DNA of 64,000 nt from Octopus sinensis (GCF_006345805.1 NC_043013.1:24738001-24802000), one strand, 5' to 3'; shown: positions 12,652-27,917, numbered from the stretch's first letter. Translations and numbers: made by a program. Notes: generated by a model from the letters alone, not told the origin.

Positions 12652-15600
12652 TATGCTTATATCGAACAGTGAAAAATGAGTGTGCAACACCGCATTCGTA
12701 TATAAATACAAATAAATGTGGGTGTGTGTCTGTGTCCTCCACCAGTTCTTGACAACTGGTGTTGGTGTGTTTATATCCCCATAATTTAGCAAATAGAAAG
12801 AAGTTTGTGGCTTAAAAGAAATAAGTATTGGGGTTAATTTGTTTGACTAATATTCTTTAAGGTGGTGCCCCAGCATGGCCACAGTCTAATGACTGAAACA
12901 AGTAAAACATAAAAGATAAATATATATATTTGAAGTTAGAACACATGTTTGTGTGTCATTATTCCATTGTTTGACCAAATTTCACCTATCAACATTCTGT
13001 TTTCTCTTATATCATAGCATTCTGCTAAAATTCTTTATGCTACATATTCATCCATTTATAAGATAGTGTAAAATGTGAAGCAATCCAGTTATTTATTTTA
13101 GCAGGTTGACTGATTTTATAGAGGCTCTTTCATTGGCAGATTTGTAATTTCTGCTTATAACTAATCCGACAGCTAACATAGATTCATATCTAATTCAAAG
13201 ATTTGCTGATGTTAAATTTCTATTTGAAGTTATTTTAATAGTATGTCTCTATTTTAACAGGTTTGAATTACTCTCAACTCTTGCAAGTGGCTGAAATCCT
13301 TCAGAAGAACCAACTCACTATCCCATTCTCCTCTTTCCTGGTGAAAGATCGACAACATTTAGCCACCCAGGTGGAGCCCCTAGTGGCAGAAATTGTTAAC
13401 AAGAAGCTCTATGATGATGCTCGTATGTTGTGTGAGTTTGCAGATATTAATCACGAAGAAATAACATTTACTGAGGTAATTAATAACATTTCTCCTAAAA
13501 TATTTAAGGTGTGGTTGACAGATTGACAAAAATTAACTCTAGCTTACTTAAATTTTAATCTGTGCACTCATTTCATATTTTAAGTATTTATCATGGAAAC
13601 ACCATCTTGCTGAATATATTGTAAAGAGCAACATACGAGTGTGATCATTGACAGAACGGCTAACTGGCTTCTGTGCCAGTGGCACTTAAAAGGCACCATT
13701 CGAGCCTGATCGTTACCAGCGTCGCCTTAAAGAGCACCATCCAAGCATGATCATTGCCAGAGCGTCTGTGCTAGTGGGTTGTAAAGAGCAACATACGAGT
13801 GTAATCATTGACAGAGCAGCTATCTGGCCACTGTGCTGGTGGCAAGTAAGAGATACCATTCGAGCGTGATCGTTACCAGCATCGCCTTACTGGCACCTGT
13901 GCCAGTAGCATGTGTAAAGGATTTGAGCGAGCTCGTTGCCAGTACCGCCTAACTGGCCCCATACTAGTGGCACGTAAAAGTACCCACTACACTCTCGGAG
14001 CGGTTGGCTTTAGGAAGAGCATCTAGCTGTAGAAATTCTGCCAGATCAAGATTGAAGCCTGGTGCAGCCATCTGGTTCGCCAGCTCTCAGTCATTCGTCT
14101 AACCCATGCTAGCATGGAAAGCGGACATTAAACGATGATGATGATGATAATTATTTAAATGTAAGTTTGAACATATAAGACATTGATGCCTTTGTAACTT
14201 AAAAAGAGGTCATTTTAACTAAATATATCAAACCTAATTTTGGATTCTTTTCCTTTTGTATATATTCATAGCAGTATTGAAAAGTAAACATACCAATGAT
14301 GATGAACTTCATAAATTTTATTTCAATTCTTAGATTAACAATGAAAAGTCAAAGCTTCAGAAAAGTCATTGCTGGTTGTCTGAATTTATCCGTGTAAATT
14401 TCTGGAAAGATTGTCTTGCAAAATTTAATAGATACAGTGTATCTCCTATGAGAATTGTGCAGTTTTTCCAGGTAATTTCCTATCTTACTTAATTCTGTCC
14501 TAAATGTGCATATAATTTTATTAACTATATGTGAATTAATTCATTCTTGTTTCATTGGTTACTTAATATTGTATTTTTGGTTATTAGTCTTATGTTTACT
14601 TCTTCAATCAGAATAAAAGCTCAACTTTTAACCTTTTGACAAAAAGCATCATTATTTAGAAAAATTAGATATATGTGGGATGTATGCCTATGTTCAGAAA
14701 TGGTAAAAAGAAGAATGTTGACAGAATAGAGAAAGTGAGAATGTGAAAGTCATCTAGCAGAAGAGAGTGAGAAAATTACTAGTGAGAGAGGATGATAACA
14801 GAATATATTCTATGACAGTGAGAGAGAGAAGATACTGTGAGAAAAAAAAAGAAACTGCTACCACAAAGAGAAGGTGAGATGGAAACGAATTGGAAAGAAG
14901 AAAGATAAATATGCTGAGCAGATGACATGTATCATTTGACTAACTACTAAGGCAACATTATCTGGTCATACAAGAGAAGAAAATAAAAGTTTTGTTTTTG
15001 CTTCTTGACTGAATGTTACATTTTAAATTTCATTTTGTTATTAGCTTCCATACTGTTATATTATACTGCTTTACATTGTTATCAGTTTTATATTAAATAA
15101 GTAAAATATTGTGAAAGAAAATTGTGTTAGCTTTTTGTTGTCAAATCAATACTTACTGACTTTATAAAATTAGCATGACAAAAGTATAGCTTCCTCTGAA
15201 TTAATTGGATAACTTAAAAAATAAAAATTGTTGTCAGTTAATTGTATGTTGCGATTTGTATTTCTTCTTTGTATGTTGCATCAAATAGTTCCTGGACTGG
15301 TTACATTTAATGAAAAATAACTTATTTACCAATGTTTTAACATCATCTCTGTCCAAATACTCACCTTGCACAGCAATACACTGGTCCCAGCATTCCTGCC
15401 ACTTTTGGAATCCAACCTGGAAGTCATTTACTGTAAGCAAGTTGATGGCCTACTGCAATTTGTTCTTGATCTCAACAACGGTGTTAAATGACAACCATTT
15501 GGCTGCATTTTCATTTTGGGAAAAGATGGAAGTCTGCAGGTGCTAAATTTGACAAATAGGGTGGGTGTGGAAGCATTACCTTGTTGTTTTTGGCAAGAAA

Positions 15601-18600
15601 TTCAATGGTGAGGAAAGCTTGGTGACAAGGTGTACTGTCTTTGTGAAGAATCCAATTCTTCATGCTCCACAGACCTGGTCATTTTCATTGAATGTCCTCC
15701 CTCAAACACTTCAAAACGTCACAATAGACCTCTCAATTGATGGCCCTAGGGAACAAATTCTCAATGCCCAATACCACATTTCCAGATTGACACTCATGGC
15801 AGGTCTTCCAGATCACTCATCATCTTCCAGGGATGTTCTTTCACTTTTGAAGCACCCGTGCCACTTGAAACATTATGTACAACCCATTGCCTTATCACTG
15901 TAAGCTTGCTGAAGCATGCTCAATGTCTCTGTGGCAGATGACTTCCCAAGTTTAACTCAAATTTTCATGTTGACTCTTTGTTCCTGTCCATGACAAAATT
16001 GCAGACCACAGCAGACACATGTGATCACAAAAACACAAACTTTGCAACTTACAAAGTAAACGCAGTGATGTCCCTCGGCACACTACCTCATGCTATCTCT
16101 CATGCACATGCAACAGTGTGCTGCCATCTGCTGGTGCCCTACAGAAACTAGTCCAGGAACTTTTTGATACCACCTCCTAAGCCACAGTTTTACCATTGCC
16201 ATCAAATCCAATCAAAAAATCAAAATAGATGAACATCAATGGAATTTGTATATTTGTGGTACCAATGCCGGTGGCACACAAGAAAAAAACCATCCGAACG
16301 TGGCGGTAGCCAGTACCAATCGGTGTGGGCACGTAACAAACACCATCCGATTGTGGCCGTTCGCCAGCCTCATCTGGCACTGTGTTGGTGTGGAAATAAA
16401 AACACCATCCAAAGACCCGGCAAGACTAGGCAGGCCATAACCCGTGGCCCATACCTGGGACGTAGTCAGTCTACCGGTGCATACCTTCCTCATATGGACA
16501 CTTGTGAAAGACTGTTGAGGCCATGACAAAATTGCAGACCACAGCAGACACATGTGCACAAAAAAACACAAACTTTGCAACTTACAAAGTAAACACAGTG
16601 ATGTCCCTCGGCACACTACCTCATGCTATCTCTCACTGCACATGCAACAGTGTGCTGCCATCTGCTGGTGCACTACAGAACTAGTCCAGGAACTTTTTGA
16701 TACCACCTCATATTAAGCACAGTTTTACCATTGCCATCAAATCCAATCAAAACAAATCAAAATAGATGAACATCAATGGAATTTGTATCTTTGTGGTACC
16801 AATGCCGGTGGCACACAAGAAAACCATCCGAACGTGGCGGTAGCCAGTACCACATCGTGCTGTGGGCACGTAACAAACACCATCCGATTGTGGCCGTTCG
16901 CCAGCCTCATCTGGCACCTGTGTTGGTGGCACATAAAAACACCATCCAAAGACCCGGCAAGACTAGTCAGGCCATAACCCGTGGCCCCTACCTGGGACGT
17001 AGTCAGTCTACCTGTGCATACCTTCCTTCTTATGACACTTGTGAAGACCTGTTGAGGCAAGTATGTGATACTTGTGAAGACCTGTTGAGGCAAGTGAAAA
17101 TCAAATCAAACCAAATCAAAATAGATGAACATCAATGGAATTTGTATCTTTGTGGTACCAGTGCCGGTGGCACACAAGAAAACCATCCGAACGTGGCCGT
17201 AGCCAGTACCGCATCGACTGGCCTCCGTGCTGTGGGCACGTAACAAACTCCATCCGATCGTGGCCGTTCGCCAGCCTCATCTGGCACTTGTGTCGGTGGC
17301 ACATAAAAACACCATCCGAGCGTGGCCGTCTGCCAGCCTCGTCTGGCACCTGTGTCGGTGGCACATAAAAAAAAACACCATCCGAGCGTGGCCGTTCGCC
17401 AGCCTCGTCTGGCACCTGTGTCGGTGGCACATAAAATCACCCACTACACTCTCGGAGTGGTTGGCGTTAGGAAGGGCATCCAGCTGTAGAAACACTGCCA
17501 GATCTGACTGGCCTGGTGCAGCCTTCGGGCTCCCCAGACTCCAGTTGAACCGTCCAACCCATGCTAGCATGGAAAGCGGACGTTAAATGAGGATGATGAT
17601 GATGATGAGGACAGTGGTAAAACTTGATGTGCAAAATCTCAATTTTAATATTTTCACCATATATCTTCTAATTGTTTTATATGGTTGACCATAGAATAAT
17701 TGGTTTGTATGACTAATGTAGCTTATATGTTTATCTTCTTTGTCCAATTGCAAATATTTTCTTTCTGATATTTTCTTAGGATGAGATTAACAAATGTAAC
17801 CAGAATAACACAAACATGAATGAACAGGCCATTATGTATGAGCTCTGTGTACAAAGTTTGATAGATGCACCTGACCCTTCAGGAAATCTGTATGCTAATT
17901 ATATAAATGATTTCAGTCATAAGATGTGGTATTGCAGAATTATGGCCAAAGTACCAAAAGTTGAGGTGAGTTATTATAATCATATCAGAATAATTTGTGA
18001 AGAGATTATTTTATTTTCGTAACTTTATATCGTAAACATCTCATAGCTACCCCTTTAACCCCACTCCCCCATTAGTTGCATCCATATTGCCGAAATTCAA
18101 ACACACTCCTTGACCCCTACCTCGTCTGTTCCATTCATATGGCAGCAATACAAGCATGACTATGCATCACTTAGTTTTATTGCTTACATATAACAAATTA
18201 ACTACCCCTATCCTATTTTATTTACCTAACTTACCTGTACTTCCACTAACATTGCTCTGTACTAATACTATTGGGATATATGATGCCCACCATCAACGGA
18301 GGTGACAATGATTAACTAGTTAGCCTATATATGTCTTCACTTATACCTGTACTAACATTGCTTATACTAATGTTAGTTTGACACCTACATCCAGAGGAGT
18401 TGGCAAGAACAGCATAACTGATGGTGGAATAATGCAAGGACAACTGCTATGACATGTCTGCTAGCCAATGCCCATTACAACCTTCTTCTCAGATGCTGAA
18501 AGCCATAATTCCCCCTCTCATGTTACCTCCTACCTCCCTTTACACACCCTCAGAGTCAGTACAGCCAATGCAGGCACATTGAAAGGTAGGTCTGGTGAGA

Positions 18601-21050
18601 TTGTTGAGATGCTTGAAAAGAGATGTGTTGATGTGTGCTGTATACAAGAAGCTCAGTGGAGGGGAGCTTCAGCCAGGTTCTTTACAGGCAAAAAGCATAG
18701 GTGTAGGCTCTTATGGGAGGACAACCATAATGGAGTAAGAATTTTTGGCATACTTCTAGCAGAGAAATGAGTAAGTAAGGTGACTGAGGTAGTCAGAGTA
18801 TGTGTTTGGGTACTTAAGCTCAGACTAGTTTTGCAGAATAGCACAGCTACAATCATTTCTGCCTATACTCCACAAACAGGCCTGCCAAATGAACAAAAGG
18901 ACTGTTTTTATGACACTCCTTTGCAGGCAACATTGAAGACAAGCAACCTTATCTTCATGGCTGGTGATTTCAATGAGCATGTTGAGCAGCACCCAGATGT
19001 CTTCTGATGGGGTGTATGGTGGCCATGAAATTGGCTCTTGAAATGAGGAGGAAGCACGGGCTACTGGAGTTCTGTAATGTGAATGACCTAATGAGAGGCA
19101 ACACCAACTTCAGTAAACCAGCCAGTCACCTGATAACGTATAAATCCAGTGACCATGCTGGCCAGATTGACTACGTTCTCACCAGAAAATGGGATTCATG
19201 GTTGTTCATAAATGCAAAGTCCTTCTCTGATGAAGAGTGTACCCTTCGGCATAGGTTACTCATTAGTCACTTCAAATTGCAGGTACAAAGGATTCCAAGA
19301 AGCAAGCCAGTTTGGAGAAGAAAGATTTGGAAGCTTAAAGATCCTTTGAATAGTCAGAGGTTTAGGGACTTCTTAACTGAATCATTTGGTGAGAAGGAGT
19401 AGGAGTTACAGACTTGCAATATAGAGGATATCTGGAAGTTCCTATAAGACAACTTACTAATAGCCACAGACCAAATTTGTTTGTCATGCAAAGTCCCAAC
19501 AAGACCTAGGGTGACATTGAGGTGGATTAATGTAGTTGACAGGGCGATTAGAGCAAAGAAACAAACTTGGAAGGATTGTAACGGTGGTGGTAACAAAGAG
19601 CTATATCAGGCAGCTAGAAGGGAAGCTAGGAAGCTAATATACTTAGCCAGGGGTGAAACAGAAAGGAAGAAGTTTGCCAATGTTCATCAGCATGAGACCC
19701 ATAGCTTGAAGTGTTTTGGTTTGTAAGATTTGTATCAGGTTTTTGTCGATCTGACAAAAGCCTTTGATACCGTTAATAGAAAGGCATTGTGGAAAGTTCT
19801 CCAGAAACTTGGGTGTCCAGAAAAGTTCCTTGCTTTGGTTAGGTCTTTTCATGAAGACATGAAGGGTAGGGTTAATGTTTGAGGGAATATGTTGGAGCCC
19901 ATTTCAATACAAAATGGAGTGAAACGGGGATATTCTGGCACCGACTCTATTTGCCATATATTTTGCAATGATTTTCTGTATTGCATTCAGAAACTGCAGA
20001 TATGGTGTTTACATCCATTATCGAACCTCTGGCAGCATATTTAATATCAGGTGCTTTGCTGCAAAAACAAAGGTATTTACCTCTATCATAAGAGACCTTT
20101 TGTATGCAGATGATTGTGATCTAGTAGCACACACACAGATTGATATGCAACACATTTTGAATGCATTCTCTGATGCTTGCACTGCCTTATGATTGACAGT
20201 CCCATCTAAGAAAACTGTTGTCATGTACCAACCTGCTCAGATGTGTCTCAGATGGATCTACGGCATGTAAGTGGGAGGACCAATCAGTGATCTTGAAATA
20301 TTGGAATGCTCTCGGTGTGAAAGTATAGAAGCTCTTGTGTTAAAAGCACAACGGTTTCAATGGAGTGATCATCTGGTCAGGATGAAGGATTCAGGGTGCC
20401 AAACAACTCTTTTATGGAGAGTTAGCTAAAGGGAGAACAACCCCCACATAAACCAAAAAAGAGGGAGGTATAAAGACTTGCTGAAGGCTTCCTTAAGAGA
20501 TGCTTGCATCTCTCCTGACACAGGGGAGGGCATAGCTATTGACCGTAACAGGTGAAGAAGGATTGTGCACGAGGGACAGCTACTTTTGAGAAATCTCGAG
20601 TTGCGCCTGAGAAAAAGTAAGAGAGGGATGTCCAGGAAGGGCATCGCTGTTACACTTCCAGAGGGAGGGTCTTCCTATGATGCTGACATGCAGTGTCTGT
20701 GCAAGGACCCTGTCTCAGTTAAAGCTGGACACAAGAGTCATCTTCGTAGTCATAAAGCGAGACAGATGAGTGACAACCTGGCCACTGGTGGTGGTATTAT
20801 GCACCATACTAATCATATCTGTCAGGCATGTGGAAGAGAGTGTAATTCGGCAGGAGGACTTAAATGACATGCAAAGATAAAGCCCAGTTACAACTACAGC
20901 CGGCTACTGCCGGTAAAGGTTTTAGCTGCCAATTCTGTACAAGACATTGTAGATCTTTAGCTGGGCTAACATGTCACATTCGATCACACCACCAATAACA
21001 GTTAAGCTTTCTGCATGGCCATACTTGATAAGGTAGGGGGTAGCCCTCAT

Positions 21051-21117
<67 letters not shown>

Positions 21118-21121
21118 TATA

Positions 21122-21160
<39 letters not shown>

Positions 21161-21352
21161 GATATATATATTATACATATAATATATATTATATATATAC
21201 ATATATTCTATATATATATATATATATTATATTATATATATATATATTACATATATATATATATATTATAATATATATATATATATATATAATATATATC
21301 TATATATATATTATATATATATATCTATATATATACTATATATAATATACCT

Positions 21353-21419
<67 letters not shown>

Positions 21420-21485
21420 ATATATATATATCTATATATATCATATTATTATATATATATTTAATATATTTATATCTATATATAC

Positions 21486-21520
<35 letters not shown>

Positions 21521-21562
21521 ATATATATATATATATATAATATATATATATCATATATATAC

Positions 21563-21618
<56 letters not shown>

Positions 21619-21653
21619 TAATTATCTATATATATAATATACATATCTATATA

Positions 21654-21685
<32 letters not shown>

Positions 21686-22348
21686 CTATATATATTATAT
21701 CTATATATATATATATATATTCTATCCCTATATATATATATTATATATATATATTATATTATATAGAGATATATATTCTATTATATAGAGATGAGAGAGC
21801 GAGACATGAGAGAGAGAGAGAGAGAGTTAAGTTAGAGGTTATAACAACCATCTAAGGGATATTTGTATCCAATGAGTGTATTACTTATAATGTGATCATG
21901 AGTATTAGTATTAATGCTCATAAATGATAGGTAAACCCACACCACCAGTAGCCTTCCCTCTGCATATACGAATGTACCACTAAATATTGTAACTATCCCA
22001 ATTCTATTTCTAAATTCTTGTTGCTCAAAAGTTTCCCAGAGGGACAGCATGTAACATGAGTTGATATATCATTGTTTCTTCACTTTCTCCTTTTCTTTTT
22101 TCTTTTTATATTTTTCTTTACTTTTCCACTCTGGTGAAGTTCCACTATTCAAATTGGTATAATTAATTACCTACAATGATAACTTATATTATTACTGAGA
22201 TGGTTAAGCCTGGGAATCACACTAATGGAAACAGCTGTAAGATTAGATAATGTCCTTTTGTAATTAATTGATAAATGATAATTGATGTAAATCAATTATT
22301 ATTCATCAATTTTATCTCTATTTTCTGTTTTCCTTATATATATGTATG

Positions 22349-22380
<32 letters not shown>

Positions 22381-25300
22381 AACATATATACACATACAGA
22401 CATGCACACACATATTTACATATAGGCACGCACACAGACACACACACATACATGCTCTCTCTCTCTCGCATTGTTGATTTGCACTATTGATGAAATATTT
22501 TTAGGAGTTGAGGAAACATATCCAGTTCGATCAAAAACATCAGCATTGAAGACCGAGCTTCTGCAGCATGGGAAAATGCCGAATATATCTCAGAAACAAA
22601 GTGAATTCTCTGATAGTGTAGGTGGACATAACAACTAATATTAATAACTATTTTTTTTTTAGCTGAATGACTCTTGTAAATATATATAATATTTTATGAA
22701 TTAGAAGTGTCATGTCTGTTTGTTGTTCATCTATTTATTCTTTTCGAGTAACAAAAATATTAAATATTGATCTTAAAATCTTAACTTGTTTGTTGTTTAT
22801 TCTTTGCAGGAACAAAGAGCTGTAAGTCTATTGATTGGGGAACTTCTCAGTGAAGCACATCTGTCTGACTGCTGTAGAGTTGCTGCTGAGTTTTCATTCT
22901 ATAGTCAAGACCTTGCTATCATTTTGGTAAATGACTATAACAATTTGTTTGACTTGATTATTAGCTACAGGGTTTAGTATTTGAAATTGTGAAAAATATT
23001 AGAGATGAATGTGACATATTTCATAATAAAGATGACATTCAAAGAATATGTTTTGGTTGATGGAAAATCCTCATTTAAATTTCTCTACCTTATGCTGAAA
23101 GTGTAAAAGAGTGTGTTATACAGAAACAAAAATGCAAAATATCAAGTCAATGAGAAGGACAAACTTTTAACTTCATGACTCGGGGTTTATATATAAGTTT
23201 TTGCTTGTATAAGATTACCAAATGTAAAATTATAAAATAAAGTCAACAAATTGTAGTTACTATATTGTTATAAGACGACTGAGCCAATCTTTCACCTACT
23301 ATTTTTCTACTTGAAAGATGAGCATCATCCCTTGCTTGGAAGCATATGTGGATTGATGAATAAATGGGCGGAAAACGGACGGTTAAACGATGATGATGAT
23401 GATGAACACATATCCTTTTGAATCTTGTCGAAATGGTTCCTTCTTTCATGAAGAAGTATCCATAACCATCATCTGTATAAAGTTAAGTAATTGTGAACAT
23501 TGAAATTAGAATTTAGAGAAACAGGCAAAATTTCTAAGCAAAATGTGCAATAACTTTGAAAAATACTAATTCTGTTCTTTTTTTTTTTTCACCCGTCTCT
23601 TTAGACTTGCATCCGACTCAGCATTGGTTCCATCAGTGTTGATGAAATAGCACCAGAAATAAAGCAACTTCTGCTGGAGTCTGCAGATATCAACAAAAAT
23701 CCAGCCACCAAGTTTTCTCGACAATTCAACAATGGCACATCCTTCTTTCGACTTTCTAATGGTTGGTGAATTCACTTTAATACATTTATAATGCACATCT
23801 ACACATATGAGTACACATCTTCGTATATAACATATGTTTATGCACATGAGCTGAGCTCATTAGATATAGATGGTAAATCTCTCTCGAAAGGTGCAAGAAT
23901 GGTTGTACGGTAAAAAACTTGCTTCCCAACCACATGGTTCCGGATTCAGTCCCACTGTGTGACACCTTAGGCAAGTACCTTCTACTATAACCTGTGGCCA
24001 ACCAAAGCTGGAAACTGAAAGAAGCCCATTGTATATATGTATATGTATGTGTGTGTGTCTGTATTTGTCCTGCACCACCAGTGTTGGTGTGCTTACATCC
24101 CAATAACTTAGTGTTTTGGCAAAAGAGACAGAGAGAATAAATGCTAGGCTTAAAGAAAGAGATAAGTCCTATGGTTGATTTGTTCGACTAAAACCCTTCA
24201 AGGTGGTGCCCAGTATGGCTGCAGTCAAATGATTGAAAGAAGTAAAAGAATAAACCATACCTCACTATCTTAAGCATTGAATAATGAACCTACACATTAC
24301 ATTATGTCTGATAAAAAGACAGGATGGTCATTACTTGATTGTCTTTGATCATGGATCTGGTTGATCAGGGCCAACATGAAATTAAGCAAATTTTAGGCAC
24401 ATGTATTAGATGTCTACATAGGCATAAAAATACAGAAAACTCTATGAGACACAATGGCAAAAGAATGATGCTACTTACCACATAATCATCATCATCATTT
24501 AACATCCATTGCCCATGCTGGCATGGGTTGGACGGTTCAACTGGGAAGCCAGGAGGCTGCACCAGGCTCCAGTCTGATCTGGCAGTGTTTCTACAGCTTG
24601 ATGCCCTTCCTAATGCCAACCACTCCGTGGGTGTAGAGGGTGCCTTTTTACGTGCCACCGGCACAGGTGCCATGGGAGGCTGGCAACAGCCATGATCGGT
24701 TGGTGCTTTTTACGTGCCACCAACACTGAAGCCAGTCAAAGTAGCGCTGGCATTGGCCACATACGAATGACGCTTTTTACGTGCCACTGGCACAGTCTCA
24801 TTGTTTAACATCCACTTTCCATGTTGGCATGGGTTGGACGGTTTGACTGAGGACTAGTGAGCCAGAAGGCTGCACTAGGCTCCAATCTGATCTACAAAGT
24901 TTCTACAGGTGGAATCCCTTCCTAATGCCAACCTCTCTGTAGTGGGTGCTTTTACATGCCACCAGCACGAGGGCCAGTCAGGCAGTTCTGGCAACGACCA
25001 CGCTCAAAAGGTGTTTTTTACGTGCTACCTGCACAGGAGCCAATCAGCAGCCCTGGCAATGATCATGCTCAGATGGTGCTTTTAACGTTCCACTGGCATG
25101 AGTTGCAATCAAGCGGTACTGTCATCAGCCACATAGCTATATATATATATTTATATATATATATATGTATATATACATGTATATATATCATCATCATCGT
25201 TTAACGTCTGTTTTCCATGCTGGCATGGGTTGGACTGTTTGACTGGGGACTGGCAAGCAAGGAGGCCGCACCAAGCTCCAATCTTATCTGGCAGTGTTTC

Positions 25301-27917
25301 TACAGCTGGATGCCCTTCCTAATGTCAACCACTCTGAGAATGTAGTAGATGCTTTTTACGTGCCACCAGCATGAGAGCCAGTCAGGCGGCACTGGCATCG
25401 GCCACGTTTGGATGGTGCTTTTTTACATACTACCAGCACAGGAGCCTGTCAGGGCAGGGAGGCTGGCATTGACCATGTTCAGATGGTGCTTTTTACGTGG
25501 CACCAGCATGGGGAGCCAATCAGGTGGCACTGTCAACAACCCACACATGCATGGTGCTTATTGTGTTCCACCAGCATGGGAACCAGTCAAATGGCACTGG
25601 CATCATCCACAATGGCTATGATCCTACTTTACTTGCTGAGTCTTCTCAATCACAGCACATCTCCAGAGGTCTCTGTCTTTCGTCATTGCCTCTATGAGGC
25701 CCAACATTCAAAGGTCATGCTTCACCACCTCATCCCATGTCTTCTTGGGTTTCCATGTACCACACGTTCCTTCCAATGTTAGGGAGTGACACTTCTTCAC
25801 ACAGGTCTCCTCATCCATACACAGCACATGTCCATACCAATGCTGTCGTCTCTCTTGCACACCACATCTGCTCTCAGGCTGCTTACACTCTCTTGTGTGT
25901 GCACACTGACATTACACATCCAGTGAATCATACTAGTTTAATTTCTTTCAAGCCTATGCATGTCTTCAGTAGTCATGGCCCATGTTTCACTGCTGTTTAG
26001 CATGGCAGTTCACACACATGCATCATACAATCTACCTTTCACTCTGAGAGCCCTTTTTCACCAGTAAAGGTAGAAGCTTTCTGAACTTTGCCCAGGCTAT
26101 TCTTATTCTAGTGGCAATGGTCTCCGAGTTCACCGCCCCTACAATAATCCTTCAACTAGTGCTGGTGTTACATTCCAAAACTCCCCACAATAAGTGAAAA
26201 TTCGCATTACTTAGAAATGCAAAGCAGCATCATGGAGGAAACGATATAAGCTTAAACAATAAACTGCAATAAGTGGACCATGATATGATGAGGGATTACT
26301 TTACAGCATATTGTTTTTATTTTTATATCTAGGCTATTATCCTACAAGTCTGATAAATAATGAATAAATTTCCTTATTTTGTGTACTACAGCAAGTCTTG
26401 GTAGCCTGACAGGTGTTGGTAATTTGACTCTGTCCCCTGCTCAAGACCAACTCATTTCTGTAATGGAGCAACTGTTTAGTTTGTGTGTCCAAGGCAAGGA
26501 ATGCTGTCGGAGAGTTTTGATTGCGAAAAAAATAGCTCTGGTAAGTATCTAATGCTGGTTTCTTGTGGCTTAAAGTGGTTCATCTAAACATTTGCAGGCA
26601 TTATTTTCTCTCTATTTTCTCTGCTACATCAAAACTTGTTTTTGTTCCTGTGAATATTGGGCAGAAAAAAATTATTTTTTTCTACTCTCCCTCTCATCCA
26701 CATACACAATTATTAAAAATGTAAAGTTTGAAATAAGGAAAATTAGAATCAATTCCTATGTCACCATTAGATAAATCTATAGTTTCTGTTAATGAGTCTA
26801 ATACAAATGTTATCTCTTTTTTATAGATTTTAGAAAAGAAATATGAGTTTGTGATCACATCAGATGAGTTTACAATTCTTGAAATGTTACTGAAAGTCAA
26901 TAACAATGCCCGTTTTCAATTAGCTAAGGAATTTCTTGCAACAAGCACAGTCACAGACAATCAGGTAAGTGAATCCTTTGCGCTTTCTCTTTACATTTTA
27001 CTCTGCTTGAGAAAATTTGTCCATCTATGAAAGCATGAAAAAACTGATGTTATAATGGAGTGTAGATGTGTATATACAGATTAGATCCCCTTGCCAAATA
27101 TGTCCATGTCAAGTCTACAATTGCTGATTTCCCTATCATTCATTCCTTTATCTACCATTTTATTCAGCTGTTGGAAGATCTCTAGAGGTGGTAGATATTT
27201 TCTGTTGCCTTGGTTATCTAATTAGCAGTAGTATAGTTGCTAGAATAAGAACAGGATAGAGAAACTTCAGAATTTTTTATTACCAATCTCTGTTGGTAAT
27301 AAAAGATTTTTCTGTAAATACAAAAGGCAGCTACTTGTGTACAAACAGCAATGTCTCATGGTAGTGGGAAATGAACTCTGAATGCAGAGGACGTGTGAAA
27401 ACTGAAAAAAGAATAAAGCTATCATGTTCTAGTGGATATGCAACATTAGCGTGCATATACCGCAAAATACAATTCTGTTGAGAGAAAAAGTGGGCATAAG
27501 AGGAATCAGGTGTAATGTGTAAGCAAACAAAAAATCTATGCTGGTATCGTCATTTGATGCATGTAGATGAGGAATTATGGATGGAACCTGTGGAAGAGAG
27601 AGAGAGAGAGCCAGAAAGACATGGGACAAAGTAGTGAAGACTGACCTAAGGATGTTTAGTCTCACAGATGAGATAACAGAGTACTGAGATGATTGTCAAC
27701 TCTTTGTTCTCAAGAAGACCTGTCCATCACAGCAAAACTGAAGCCCTAAAAGTATTATGTTTATGTTTCTGCACACATCTCTTATCTCTGTCAAACTTTC
27801 TCCACCCTCTCATTTTTCCATCACTCTTTACTCCTCTTTACTTCTCTACCATCCAGCTGGTGTAATTATAGGAGAGCAGAACTACACATGTTTCATCTCC
27901 TTTTGTGTTACTAGTTA

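Noticed and set aside
16177-17586. Dense overlapping ORFs suggesting a coding locus
   Set aside because: They arise from GC-richer tandem RTE-UTR units read in several frames.
21832-22050. Minus-strand 72-aa ORF as a nested gene exon
   Set aside because: No polypyrimidine acceptor and no recognisable motif.
22200-22236. Candidate missing SPG11 micro-exon (MVKPGNHTNGNS)
   Set aside because: The phases fit, but splicing to 22505 creates TGA and the acceptor is weak.
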